Of a DNA stretch of 64,000 bases, positions 1 to 12,034 are shown in pieces. Source of the stretch: Macrostomum lignano. Lineage: Eukaryota. Position numbers and translations under genes: made by a program. Each line of letters begins with the position of its first letter. Within the stretch, counting starts at the first letter, position 1. The stretch is taken from the NCBI GenBank assembly GCA_002269645.1, contig NIVC01000412.1, positions 248,001 through 312,000 on the forward strand, given 5' to 3'. A model generated the notes under the pieces. The model was not told the origin of the DNA. It saw only the letters and a list, made by a program, of their open reading frames with translations, and did no database searches.

Positions 1-344
1 CTTTTATCTATAAAAGCTCCCTAATTTTTGAGAGTATTAAAATGGCTCTTCGCTTAAATAGAGACATTATACATTTACTGTAATGCGTCCACCAAACGAT
101 TCTAGCTTGCTCGCGCCGCACCTCGTAACACTGAACATGCAGACGAACAGACGAATACTTGTAGAAACATTTGTTGCTACAGTATTTTTAATGCTTTATC
201 TGACTGTATATACATGTAAATACTGAGTCACATATTTTCATGTAATTGTGAAATCTTCCGGAAAATTCTATTCTGTCCATCAAATATTCTGTTTTATAAT
301 TTGTAGCACATTTATTACTAAATAAAGTAGCATATAAAGTAGCA

Positions 345-3095
345 CATAAATGTCAGCCAATCAAACGTGGGACAATGTCACAGGGCGCGTTTCAGGGCCT
401 GGGTGCGAAACGTAGGCCGCACCGTTGCCAGTGTCCGGGACGCCGGCATTATAGCCAGCAGACAGTCGACGAAACGCCGAGTCCGCGCCTGTTGCCTCCA
501 GCGTCAGCAGCAGCACCTCCTGCACCGGCTGTGGGCAGTACGACTCGGCTTTGACAGATGTGGAGTTGCCGACGGCGCAACAGTTTGCTGGGACCGGACA
601 GGCCGGTGCGGCGATAGAGTGCCGCATTGGTGACTAATCGCTCGATCGTAGACGATCTTAAAGGCGGCACGCAGCAGGCCAGCGTGCGCCGCATCAACCT
701 GCTGTTCGAGCAGGTTCGTCAGCGTGCAAGCGTCGGCGTTTTACAGCAAGGATGGTCTCGATCACCGCATGGAACAACGCTGCCCTCCGGCGGTCAGGTA
801 GGGCCTCGCACTGCACTATCGACAGCCCTCACGGAACGGAAAGCAGCCCAGGCAAGTATACACGGCGACGTCGCAGATCCTCGCGAACGTCAGGCACCAG
901 ACCGCCGAGCTAGACAAAATACTGACAGGCGCGGAAGCCTCGCCACTTGTCTGTTAGCGCCTCGGCGCAGAAAATTGCAGCTTCGATGCCATCCGGTCTT
1001 CCGCGTGTTGACCACCAGGCTCGCTTACCAGCCGGTCCAGCTGACGCTGGTGCCCTCGACAGTCGAGGACAGGTCGTCAGCGTAGTCAAGCACGCTGAGC
1101 CGCCTGAGCCGCCCACCCGTCGCTGCAGCAGGAAGCCATCGTCGCTAGAAAGGAAAGCAGTCCACAGCACCCAGTCAAGCACCAGGACGAACAGGAACGG
1201 CACAAACGTATCTCCCTGAAGCACCCCAGAGGATGTCTCAAATAAATCTGACAAACCGTCCGGTGTTAAAATAGCAGCACTCATGCCATGATACAGCGTC
1301 ATGACGGCGAAAATCAGCTGCTCTGAACGTAACACGCACGAAGCACAATGGGGAGCACGGCCATCGCGACCGAGTCGAAAGCCTTCCTGAAGTCAATAAA
1401 GAGAGCAATCAGGCTCGACTGGTGCGTCCGCGCTTCCTCGATGACTCGGCAAAGAGCCAGGATTTGCGCCACTGTGCCGCGATTGGGCTGGAACCCATTC
1501 TGCTCAGGCCGTAAGTACGGATCCAGCACGGGCTGCAACCGCAATAGCAGCATCCGGTTGAACAGCTTCGCAGCGCTTGACCTCGGTGCTCCTACCCCTC
1601 AAGCCGTGTGGTGCCCGGCTTCTTCGAAATAGCGACGATGTGCGCCGTGGTCCATTCTTTTGGCGTCGCCTTATCGAAAAGCACGCGGTTCAACACCCTG
1701 GTGACCTCTGGCCACAAAGTGGTGTCACAGCGCCTCGATGGGCACCTCGTCCGGACCCAGCACTTTACTGCCCGGGGTCTTTTGGGCCATCACCACAACG
1801 TCGGCTGTGCTGACTGGGGCTACATTAAAGCTCTCCTCTGCGGCGTCCTCAAACGGCGTCCCCGGCGGCGGCCTCAAATCGTTTGGCAGCGGGGGCCGCG
1901 CGTTGACGGGTCTATAAGAATTTCCCGCAGGAAGTTTTCCCGTCTATAGACAATGCTGGACTAGATTAGAACTAGCCTAGACTAGGCTTAGGCTAGACTA
2001 GACATAAACTAGACTAGATTAAAAACTAGACTAGATTAGAACTAGACTAGACTAGATTTCAAATCCGATTGGATTGACTTGAACTTCCGACAGGAAGAAC
2101 CCTGCGGGAAAACCTCGGCGCGGGAAAACTCTCGCGGGAAAACCTCGGCGGGAAAATCTCGGCGGGAAAAGCTCGGCGGGAAAACTTCCTGCGGGAAATT
2201 CTCGTGCTCTCGCGTTGACGATGGCGACGAAGAACTCGCGCAGCTCATTTCTGCCCTCATCCAGAGTGTCGCCAGCCAAGTTGAGCGGGATGCGCCGCTT
2301 CCGCCCGGTCACAGCGTTGATGGCGGCCCAGCCCACGCGCCCTTTGGCGTCGGGTCCAGCGGCGGTGATGGCCTGGATAGCGTCGTCAACAGCAGCCTGT
2401 TGCCGCTGCAGGTAGATAGTCGCCAGAGTTGGCCGCCTGCTCGGACGGAGCCTCTCCAGCTCTGCCCTCGCTTGCCGAATCGCAGGGTCATCCTGCCAGA
2501 CCGGCTGACTGGGCCGGTTGCATCAGCGGGACAGCTTGCTCCGCCGCGGCTCTAACCGCGGCACTTACCTTCGTGTATTCGGCGCGCCCGCACCTGTCGC
2601 CAAGCGCGCTGACGAAGGCGCCAGCGAAATTTCGACGGGCCTGCATGGGTCTCCTTAAGAGCACGGTAGTAGCGCCGCGGTGGCCGCTTCGGCGGACGGT
2701 AAAGTGGATCGTGTACACGCAGGTCGCAGACGATGAGCCGATGGTCGGATCACAGAGCCAGCGGCGTGATGGTGCGGCAGTTGACGGCACAGCGGTGCTC
2801 ACGAAGATGTGATCGAGTTGTGCCTGCCTCCGCGTCGCATTCCGGCCGCGAGCATTTCTTTGCCTCCACTTGCAGCCCACGAAGGTCGCGAGCCCTCCGA
2901 CCCGAAGCGTGCTCTGTGGTACGGCTAGGGCTCGAAGACAGTGAGCCTCACGGTCTCCGGCGCAACCCGAAAGATCCGATTGGCCAAGGGTGGCAGCAGC
3001 TCGACGGGCGGAACCTCGTTGCCGACCTGGCTGGTTTCACTCACGCCGGCGTTCAGCTCGCCGGCGCTCGCTTCACTACCCTCGCTTGGTCTTGC
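345..3095 (-). mobile_element. Degenerate non-LTR retrotransposon (RTE-like APE-RT), 5'-truncated, interrupted by a MITE
   Basis: Minus-strand fragments: endonuclease end (AQLDHIFV, about 2800), pre-RT motif KVLGPDEVPIEAL (about 1740-1775), RT motifs EQNGFQPNRGT, FIDFRKAFDSV, GVLQGDTFVPFLFVLVLDWVL (ORFs 1314-1553 and 910-1335). Many stops and frameshifts. Boundaries approximate. Confidence 0.88.
1909..2210. mobile_element. 302-bp MITE with 10-bp target-site duplication
   Basis: CGCGTTGACG at 1899-1908 and 2211-2220. Perfect 26-bp inverted repeat AGAATTTCCCGCAGGAAGTTTTCCCG at 1917-1942, with its reverse complement at about 2177-2202. Internal (CTAGA)n and GCGGGAAA repeats. Removing the insert and one TSD restores the LINE frame (VAIVNAR-PPLPNDLRPP). 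Confidence 0.88.
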
Positions 3096-4747
3096 AAATG
3101 TAATAAGTCAGCGAAAATTTGTAGGAACTTAAAAGTTAAAGTCAGACAGAACAGACAGAGGTGGTTAGACGAAGGTCAGAACTTGAGATAATGGTGAAGG
3201 TACAAGTTTGCTAAATTCAGCAACGCCTTAAGAAAGGCACAGTGGGGGAGAGAGGATGGAGAAAATGAAAGCTCTTAAATAACCCTACTAGCTACGAGCT
3301 AGAAAAGCCTCATGGCAGACCAAGTGCATCTGATTTACTTACCGATTAGTTGTCTTTCTGGTTAGAGTCAGCAGGGTCAGTCAACTTAGAAGCAGCTGGA
3401 CATTACGTGGCCGACGTCATGGCGATGGCCGGCCATGCAGAAGTGCGAAAAGACTGTTCGCCAATATCTCTCAATCAGTTGTGACAAGGTGCAAAAGAAG
3501 CGAAGCGACGCCGTAAGCAAGGTACTGGACATAGAGAAAACACTACACCGGATTCAGATGGCCATGTTATTACGAGCGTGTGCCCATCAGCCAGTACAAC
3601 AGATAGCCCAGCAGTCATCACAAGCGTCTGCCCAGTCAACATCCAGAGCTCAACGGTCCAGGAGGCGGTCAACTTCGCAAACGCTTATCCAAATGGCAAT
3701 AACATCTTCGTCATCCAAATCTGCACGTTCAACCAATGCATTCTGTGAGAATTCATGTGCAAATGAGCAAAATGTTTCAAGTCAAAATGTTTCAAGAGAC
3801 TTTAGCCTTCTTGAAAATTAGTGTTTCTTGTCACCTTTTTGTTACTGTGCATTGCTGTACTATTGTATCGTATTGTTACTGTGTGGTATGCTGTTTTTCT
3901 AAATTAATTGTGGACATCTACAAGTCGTGGACATTTATATCCAGAACGCAAGGACATTATCCAGAAGTGACGCTAGAACGCTAGGCTATAGAGTGAAATA
4001 AAATTTGCGATAGTTTTTACCACAGGCAAAATATGATCTAAAAGCACTGACTAGCGTCAATGCATGCTCAAGCTGTCCTTTGATTAGCTACGTGTACGCA
4101 AAAGTACAAAAATAAGTCAAGTGACTACTCAAAACACCCTCAAACCCACTGGCTGCTCTGCAGACATCCGCCATCCGCTGAATGCCCACAGCCGCAGCTG
4201 TCTGTGGCCGCACCAGCGGCACCCTCCCGCTCACTCTGAGAAAACCCACTGTGGCTGCATCGCAGCCATCAAAAAACGGCACCTATTTTTACACGCACAA
4301 GCTCATTAGTGTATGTGTGTTGCGCAATTAAGTTGGAGTAATGACCAGATGAACAATATGACCAGTTAAACAATGAACTCATGAACAATAGGAATGCAAG
4401 AAAAACGTGTGTTGTATCCCTGCCGCCCCCCCCCCCGGCCCGGCAGTAGGGTGGTCCTACAGGGTACAGTACAATCGGGTCCTTGCTAAGCCTGCGCGCG
4501 GGCGCTAGGGCGAGCACTTCCCCTGACAGTCTGGGGCGTCAGGACGCACCCACGCAGCCTTCCCACGCGTCGGGACGCAGTGGTGCGGGACGCCTTCAGC
4601 GAGGCGTCGGGACGCACTGGCTGGCGTAGAGGCGTAGAGGCGTACGGTAGGTATCCTTCTGACGTATCAACCCCAACTAGCTGAGTCGGCGTCCGGACAC
4701 ACGGACTCTGCCCCCCTAGGCAACCGAAAGAAAGAAGACAGGACGCG

Positions 4748-4900
4748 CACTTACTTAGCTGGCGGCTGTCGCTCAGGGCTCAGGTAGATGGCCTTTTTCA
4801 GTGTATTTCTTTATCAAGGGGTCCGATCGTAACTTGGGCTGTATATAGCTCTGACGAAAAGCCGAGTTCACAGAGAGGGGACAGTCAAGACGCGCCCCGC
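4748..4900 (-). mobile_element. Probable 3' end remnant of a LINE related to the 12.0-12.9 kb element
   Basis: Minus strand ends ...CCCTGAGCGAC...CAGCTAAGTAAGT. The 12.8 kb LINE has the same stop context (CCC TGA GCGAC) and the same CAGCTAAGT tail. Confidence 0.5.
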
Positions 4901-5364
4901 TCCAACCCGCCGCGAGCGATGTTAAAAAGCACACGCCCGCGGAGGGGGGAGGGCCACGCGCTCTCAACTCCGCCACCCCACAACCCCCCAGCCAACCCCC
5001 CCCCCGGGGGACGGCAGCACCACGCCCACCACCGGCCCAGCCAATCACTACGCGACTGGCTGGCCGCGACCAATCGCCACGCAGGGCGAGCGAACAAATG
5101 CCAAAACTCACACCGACTTAAGCCTCTGGCTGCGGCAACGCAAAGGGGGGGGAATAACAAAAAGTACTGTAAACAACTAGTTGAGGGGTGACTCAGCCCG
5201 CTGGGAGGCAGGTACACAGGCACCGTTAAAGTGCACAACACAACACGTGGAAAAATTAGCAGTTGAGTGAAAAAACGTAGAATGTGAACCCGGCAACAGT
5301 TCAATCTGCTCAGTGAGTACAGAGTACGACCTCGAAGTGCAGCTGCAGTCGAACCATCAATTGT

Positions 5365-6940
5365 TAATGTGCCAATGCTAAAAGCACGGGTCAGCATACA
5401 GAGAGCTGGGAAGTCTGGGCAGGCAGTGCAGGTGAACACGGTATTCTTCTGTCGCCCATTCCTCCAGCAGACTCTGCATCGCTTCGAAGGTCGCGGCTGC
5501 GAGTCAGTGGTCAGTAGATGCTGGCGCACAGGAATGAAAGGAACGGCTCGCATCCTGCGCACTTTTGCATGCATTGTGCACCAGCTGCAGCATGCAGTGA
5601 AACAGCAGCTTGTGAAACCACTCTTAGGTTCGTCTGTTTGCGTTGTACGTGCTGATAGAGGCGTCCAGGCGATCGGCACCTCCCATGCATTTTTGTATGC
5701 AGCCACTGACGTGCTCTAAGGATTCTCTCATTAACTTCTCCGAGTCGGATCCGTCTTTGGGATGCATCCAAAGATGGGACGCCTCTTTATTGTCCAGTAG
5801 GTACACCGTTTCATTACACTGGCCTTCCTGTCACGGTTTCCCAGTCCAGCGTGCAGCCCTTGCACATGAAACTGTGTTCCGGTGCAAGCACTCGTTTATT
5901 CTCCTGTAGGGCAACTGGCGACCCCTCTATCCTTGCGCACGGTGCTTGTCTGGTGTACCACGCTGCAGCCAGGAAAGTCGCCAGGCGATAGGACGACAAC
6001 CAAATTGTCGCAGAACACGTGATAGCCCACATCCAGCAGGTCACGGCTCAGCTCCACCACCGTCCTCTCGTCATCGACAGGCCGTCACACTGCATTCCAT
6101 CACCAAAACGTGCGTACTGTGTTGCAGTACTGTGCAGGAGGCATCGTACCAGGTAGCTGTGGATGCCTCAGTGAGGCAGTACAGCTTCAGGCCGTACCGC
6201 GCCTTCTTGCTTGGAATGTACTGTCGCAGCAACAATCTTCCCTTGTACAGCACGAGCGTCTCATCGACGCTTACCTCCCCCTATGGAGCGTAAACTCTGG
6301 CACATATTGCCTGTATCATTTCAATGAAAGACCGAATTTTGTGCAGGCAGTCTCTGTCATAGAAGTCGCGACAGTCATATGGTATACTCGTAGCAACGCA
6401 GGAAGGGAAGAATCTCCTGGAACCGATTCCTTGACAAGCTCTCCGGCTGGTGGAAGTAATTAGGCGAAGAATGCATGGGATCAGTTGACCAGTAGCTCAG
6501 GCTTCACATGAACTCCCATGTACAGAACTGCTCCGACGAGCTTGCGCACTTCTGCCTCAGGGTGCATTTCTTCCGATTCGCCAGCCTGGGCGGCAGCTGC
6601 TGCAGATCACTGCTGTCAGCTGCATGATGTGCATCTCCTGCTGTGCCTTTTCATTCGCCCAGCTGCACAAACTGGCGATCACCTCATCAGTGATGAACAA
6701 ACACATGAAGAAGTCAACAGAGGCCTCAGAATCATCTGAAATTTCAATCCCTGGGTTGGCATGGTGCCGTGAAATTCCACTTTCGACTTCTTCCCACTCT
6801 TCCACATCTGCTTGCTCTTCCTTGTCATCATCATGACTGCCAGCTGCCTCGGATAGCTCACTCTCCGACTCGCTGTCCAATTCAAGCCGACGCAGAGCTT
6901 CAGCAGCAGGTGCACGCCGGCGGACTTGCTGTTGGGCCAT
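5365..6940 (-). pseudogene. piggyBac-family transposase remnant
   Basis: Acidic N-terminus and FFMCLFITDEV (6557-6940); LYKGRLLLRQYIPSKKARYGLK (6071-6253); DN motif region near 6000; MGGADRLD (about 5680); C-terminal Cys-rich domain CRVC...CTAC...LC (about 5380-5480). Split over several frames. Confidence 0.9.
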
Positions 6941-7495
6941 GGATTCAGTTGCTACGGCTCCTGATGCGGCTGCAGCTGTGGCTGCTTGCGGGCAGACTCA
7001 GAGTGCCTGTGGTTACTCCTCTGCAGCCAGCGATTTTCTCAGAGTAAGGTGCAGAGACTTGCAGGGCGGAAGTGGATGTCAACCTTGATACATGTATCCA
7101 CAAAAAACACAAATATACAGCACATCTAAGTAAATTGAACATGAGTTTTTTCATGTTAACCACGGCTGGCAATAACTTAGGCAGGTTTATTTCAAGCGTA
7201 GAAATTCAAAATCACAACAGAATGCTTCGATTTCAACTCTTGCTTATAGCTATACAAATAGCTTTGTCGTTTGCAGACAATAATGGTACATGCATTTTAA
7301 TTCGTATATTTTCTCCACTTACAGAATACCTGTATTTACAGGCTGTGCATTATTGAGGTACACTGTACTGCAGAACATGCAATTCTAATGTAATTACAGC
7401 ACTGGTGACATACTGGGATATGTGTCTTTACCATCTTGATGAATAAATTGGTACACTTTAGTCTACAATCAAAAAACATTCGCTTGGCAACTTGT

Positions 7496-9561
7496 TTAGG
7501 CGCAGTTGATCGCCACAACTTCGGTGCTAGGCTCAGCCTCAATCACTGGATAGTACTTGGCAGCCAGATCCAGGGCATCACTAGCCAGATAGCACAGCTG
7601 GTTGGAGTTGGCCTCGGCCTCGGTGCTCATGCAGCTGCTCACAGTGCCGCAGGCGAATTGGTAAACCAGCGACCTGTCCCACTCTACGCCGCGAGCATCG
7701 TTGAAATTCAACTGTGGTAGGTAATCACAAATAAGCACGTTTGTGTAATTATGCTGAAACCCTCATCCGCCCTAAAAATAATCACAGATCGCAGATCGCA
7801 GATCAACAGATTTAGATCACGTCGTCGAGGGAGGAGTTAGCGAGAAGGCAAGCCGTTATGTTAATTTCTCTGGCCCCTAAATAGGCACACACAGGCGGAT
7901 GTATTATACCGTACATAAATCATAAATATGCATACACTCGCACATTACGTGCAACGGCCCTGACTTTGTCTTTATCATCAGGCGTGGCATGTGCATGCAT
8001 TGGTGGGTTCAGCACGCCTGTGTAGCATGAGACAGACCAGGCCTACGAGCTAAGGTCTGCGATCCTACACACCTGCACCCCCTCTATTCTGGTGCAGGAA
8101 TGGCAGGAGAACTCCAAGCTGACTCACAAGCCGACCCAGGGGTTCACGTCCCGCATGTGTTCAAGGCAGCCCTAGGGTTGCTGGACTGACTGGGCTCCGG
8201 CGGCAGCAAACCCACCCGTAGTCTTGACCTCGGTCTTGGCTGTGTTGGGTACGGGCTCCGCCCAGAAGTGAACCTGTGCGGATCAGGTACCTCTGGCCAC
8301 GGCTCTGAGGAACAGGTATCACCCTCTGATCTTAACAGGGTATGCGGCCAGTCCGCAGGCTCCGGGTACAGCCTTTTGTCTCCCTCAAGGGCCCAGTGTA
8401 GTACCGCGCTGATGGTCCTTTGGTTCGGCCTCTGGTTCTCCAAGCCGGGCTCTTAGCCGGGGAGTTTCTCGGTTGCTAGCGGTCGGGCCGGTAAGGGTTT
8501 AAGCCACCCCCCGGTCGCTATCTTTTTGCTGGCTGTTGGGTTTGGGGTTACGGCCCAGCAGCTTCTCACTTCTAGTCCCCATTCGCCTTTCAGCGACTCA
8601 TGGAGGCTGCCCGTGGTCGCCAGGGGTTAGCGAAATGGGCGGCAGCGCCTCCTCGCTGTTTCCGGACGCACGGAGCCCCCTGCAGCTAAGTCAAGTAAGT
8701 CAAAGGCATGGCATGTACACCCTCCTCGTCTTGGGAGTTTGCCCTTAAAAGTCAGAATTGTACAAGTGCTTCAACTGGGTCAGTTTTCGTGCACAAGCCC
8801 AAAGTTAATGTAAAATAACTAAATCTGGAATCAAACCTAACCATGCTCTGGCGTGTGAGTCAGACTTGCTAACAGCTAAATTCTGCATCTACTTTGCCCC
8901 CGGAATTTAGATAGGAAAACGGACAGAGTGTTATACGATATTTCTGTCACCTGTTTCACCATGCACCTGATGTCGTATCGAGCAGTGCCCGGCGGGGCCC
9001 AGCGGCTGCAGTTGATTTTGGGCGGACAGAGCAGCGACAGCATCAGTGAACTTAGCGGGTTCGTGGAGTGCACGAACAGGCCCTGGCGGCAGAACTCGTT
9101 AGTTGACAACAGCGAGGCAGCAGTACCCGGCCTTGATCTCTGCCGATGCACCCGTCCGCCGCGACCTAAGTGAGAATCGTGAATGCTCGCATGGCTAATA
9201 AAACATTATAGGAACGTATACTTTAGCGCATATCACTTAGCTCTCTTAGTAATAGCCAAGAATATACATTTAAATGCCCGTAGAGCATTCCAACCTCGAC
9301 CGTATAACGTCGTAATCCGTTGATGCAATGTAAAAGTACATATCTGTCATTGTCGTCGATCGTCGGATTGCTTTACGGGATGTACATCTAATCTTTATTT
9401 GTAAACAGACACTTAGACAAACAGACAGGCACTGAATATGACTGCAGACGCCAACAGATTAACACAGAAGACTCACCCTCGGGTCTGGCAGTGACAGAGA
9501 CCAGCAGGCAAAGGCAAGCGATCGCCCGCAATGTCAGAGTCAATTGCAGCAAATGAGCCAT
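7496..9561 (-). CDS. Predicted 3-exon secreted cysteine-rich protein, 171 aa, family unknown
   Basis: Exons 9561-9477, 9165-8951, 7711-7496 with canonical GT-AG and matching phases (1, then 0). N-terminus MAHLLQLTLTLRAIACLCLLVSVTARPE is signal-peptide-like. 8 Cys follow the signal peptide. Confidence 0.72.
7996..8703 (+). mobile_element. About 700-bp non-coding retroelement (SINE-like or long LINE 3'UTR) with a LINE-derived tail
   Basis: 8613-8700 closely matches the tail of the LINE at 12810-12895 (TGGTCGCC.GGGG.TAGCG.AATGGGCGG...CGCCTCCTCGCTG...GCCCCCTGCAGCTAAGT). Flanked by a 14/16 direct repeat (7980-7995 and 8704-8719). Lies in intron 2 of the small secreted gene. Confidence 0.6.
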
Positions 9562-10199
9562 GCTGACTGCAGTGCTAAAATAGAGTTATTGAACCAGAGC
9601 CAAGTTAAGCTTGCTAATTGCATTGCAAACTGATTTGGGACTCAACTATTTATACGCATTCTGCAGGCAGTTGTTGACTACTCTGCAGCTCTCAAGCAGC
9701 CCGCGTCAGGAACTTCGACCTCCCGCGGGACCAATAGGCGCCGATTCTGAATCAAGGCAACATCGTTTCCTGCACCAATTAACCTTTGTACCTTGCACTC
9801 AGTTTTATTCTTTCGTCTTTTGCGCCATTATTCTTAGCAGTTTCGGGAATACATGTAGGTCACAGATTCCCAATTTTCTAATTCGCTGTAAATATGTTTT
9901 TAAGCACTTCTTCGAGTAGAAAAAACGTTATGTTTAAAACGTCTGCAAATAGCTAGTTGTACGCGAAATTTTCTGCGTGGGTTCTTGTTTATGCTATTGG
10001 TGCGTATTAAAAAGTAGTTTAAAAACTTTTTAAGGCGTTAATGTTTTTTGTCTGCTTTTTTTCGGAAAAGAAATTTATGGGTTGATTAAGGCAGCTTTGG
10101 GCTGTGGTATGAGCTTGTTGATAGACTGTGAGCTTCTTGGTAGATTTCGAGTGACAGCTGGAGCGATTCCGAAGTCCACTGTTACACTGGCGGTTCAAT

Positions 10200-11612
10200 G
10201 AAGCATGGTCTTTCAGGCTTCGGAGTTTGCGTCTTCTTCAAGGGTGAAGTGGTGTGGAGCTACTCCCAGCACACTGGACTCAACTCCAGTGTTTTCAGAG
10301 CGAGGTGCTTGACATCAGCTCCTGCGCGGCAGAGCCGCGCCGAAGGCAGCTTAGCGGTCGGAAATTTATTTTTCACACTGACAGCCAAGCAGCCCTTCGG
10401 GCCCTCTGCCGCAGCACCACCAGTTCCAGATCTGTCCTGGACTGCAACACCTAGCTCAACGGGCTTGCGCTAGGCAACCAGGTGGAGCTCAGATGGATCC
10501 CGGTGTTATACTTTCGGATATCCGGGTCTTCCCACTCCCTTGGCAATCCTCGCGTGACGTTCTCGCATTCGCTGCGGGGCAATTTTGATTCTGGCCGTCA
10601 GCCTGGAGGCCAGAGCTGCGCGCTGCTGGTCTTTTTCCAGAAGCCATCGCCGTTGCATTGATGCATCGCTTCCAAGCAGAGGCTCAAAGCCAAAAACAGC
10701 ACTGAAAGGCGAAGCCAGGATCGTTGAATTGCGTCTGCTGTTGTAAGCAAGTTGGATTGCGTCCAGGTGCCAATCCCAGTTAATGTCAGTTGGGGAGTTG
10801 TAAACCTTGCGAAGCAGGCCGAGGCACGTTTGGTTTAGCCTCTCAGTTTGTCCATTCGTCTGAGGATGGTAAGCACTCGTTACTCGTCTTTCCGCACCGC
10901 CTTCCTGTAGCAAAGCCTCGATGATGGAGTTGCAGAATTCCCTGCCTTGATCACTCAAAAGAATACGAGGCCAGCCAAAAAGGCCAAATAGGCGTTTCAG
11001 TTCTCGAGCGATCGTGTCGGCTCGTACATTTGGTATTGGGCGAAAAACTGCGAATTTCGAGAATTTGCAACATATAGTCAGGATATAACGAGCACCACTC
11101 TCAGTTGTGGTCGGCATTGTAACGCAATCCAAGCATAGGAAGCCGAACAATCGTTTGAGCTTCAGTAGGCATCTCAATCGGATGTATTTCACGCTGATTG
11201 CTGGTGAACTTCTTGTTCGTCTTCTCACATCAATTGCACGACTTTACTACCGACTCAATAATTGGTGTAACAGGCACATCGCTGTAGAATCGCGCGGTAA
11301 AGAGGCCAATGGTGCTTTTTATTCCCATGTGACATGACTCGACGTGCAGTGCTTCGATCTTTTCCCTGACTTCATCCTTCGTAAAAAGCACACGCCGCGG
11401 CTGTTCTGGGCGCATTTTCTTGCTTCAGTTCCGGTTTCTCACTTTGAAGAACAATGACCGTCTTGGAAGAAGAAGGCTTTACTTTTTTTCTCGAATTTTA
11501 CGCTTCAAATTGTCCTTCACTTTGGCCGGCAAGTCTCCGGGAATGTCGACGTACTCGTTGTTCAATGAATAAAAGAACACTTGGTTTAAAGTCGCCTTTG
11601 CCATGTCTGTCT
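10200..11612 (-). mobile_element. Stand-alone gypsy-type integrase (Ginger/GIN-like), frameshifted
   Basis: ATG near 11610 opens MAKATLNQVFFYSLNNEY...KRKIREKSKAFFFQDG. Then HHCC zinc finger (LHVESCHMG...VKSCN) and DDE core (LDCVTM, ILLSDQGREF, SAYHPQTNGQTERLN, AYNS, SPFSAVFGFEP; ORF 10506-11228). No RT or RNase H upstream on this strand. Confidence 0.75.
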
Positions 11613-12034
11613 CCACTTAAAAATACAAGTACCTCAGTCACATTTGCAGCCTTCTAAATTCTGAATTAAATAGCTTTCTAAATACACTGAGGATCAGAGA
11701 GAATGAATTATACGTTGCGCAATTACACTGGCAATTCAGATAGAGCTCACCCTGCTAAGCACACATATGTGTTTGCTGTTTGCATATAAGGCCGTGTGAG
11801 TCACAGCACATACAACCAATAATTATTTGGCCACGGAGTTTTAGCCCCGTGGCTGTACACCGCTCATGTACATTTTTACCCCCGGTGATCTCAAATCAGG
11901 GAAAACGCAAGGCACGACTTATGTTACAGTGTATGCCTTGCGTTGTCCGGGACTGGAGATCGCAAAGCAGAGTCACATTTGTCTTGCGATCTCTGGCCGG
12001 AGACTGCAAGCGCACGGAGATTGCAAAGCCTAAC

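Noticed and set aside
2608-2635. Hammerhead-like CTGACGA...GAAA
   Set aside because: Stem II does not pair and the site lies inside LINE coding sequence.
3435-3821. 128-aa ORF as a gene
   Set aside because: No recognisable motif and no supportable exon chain; left unassigned.
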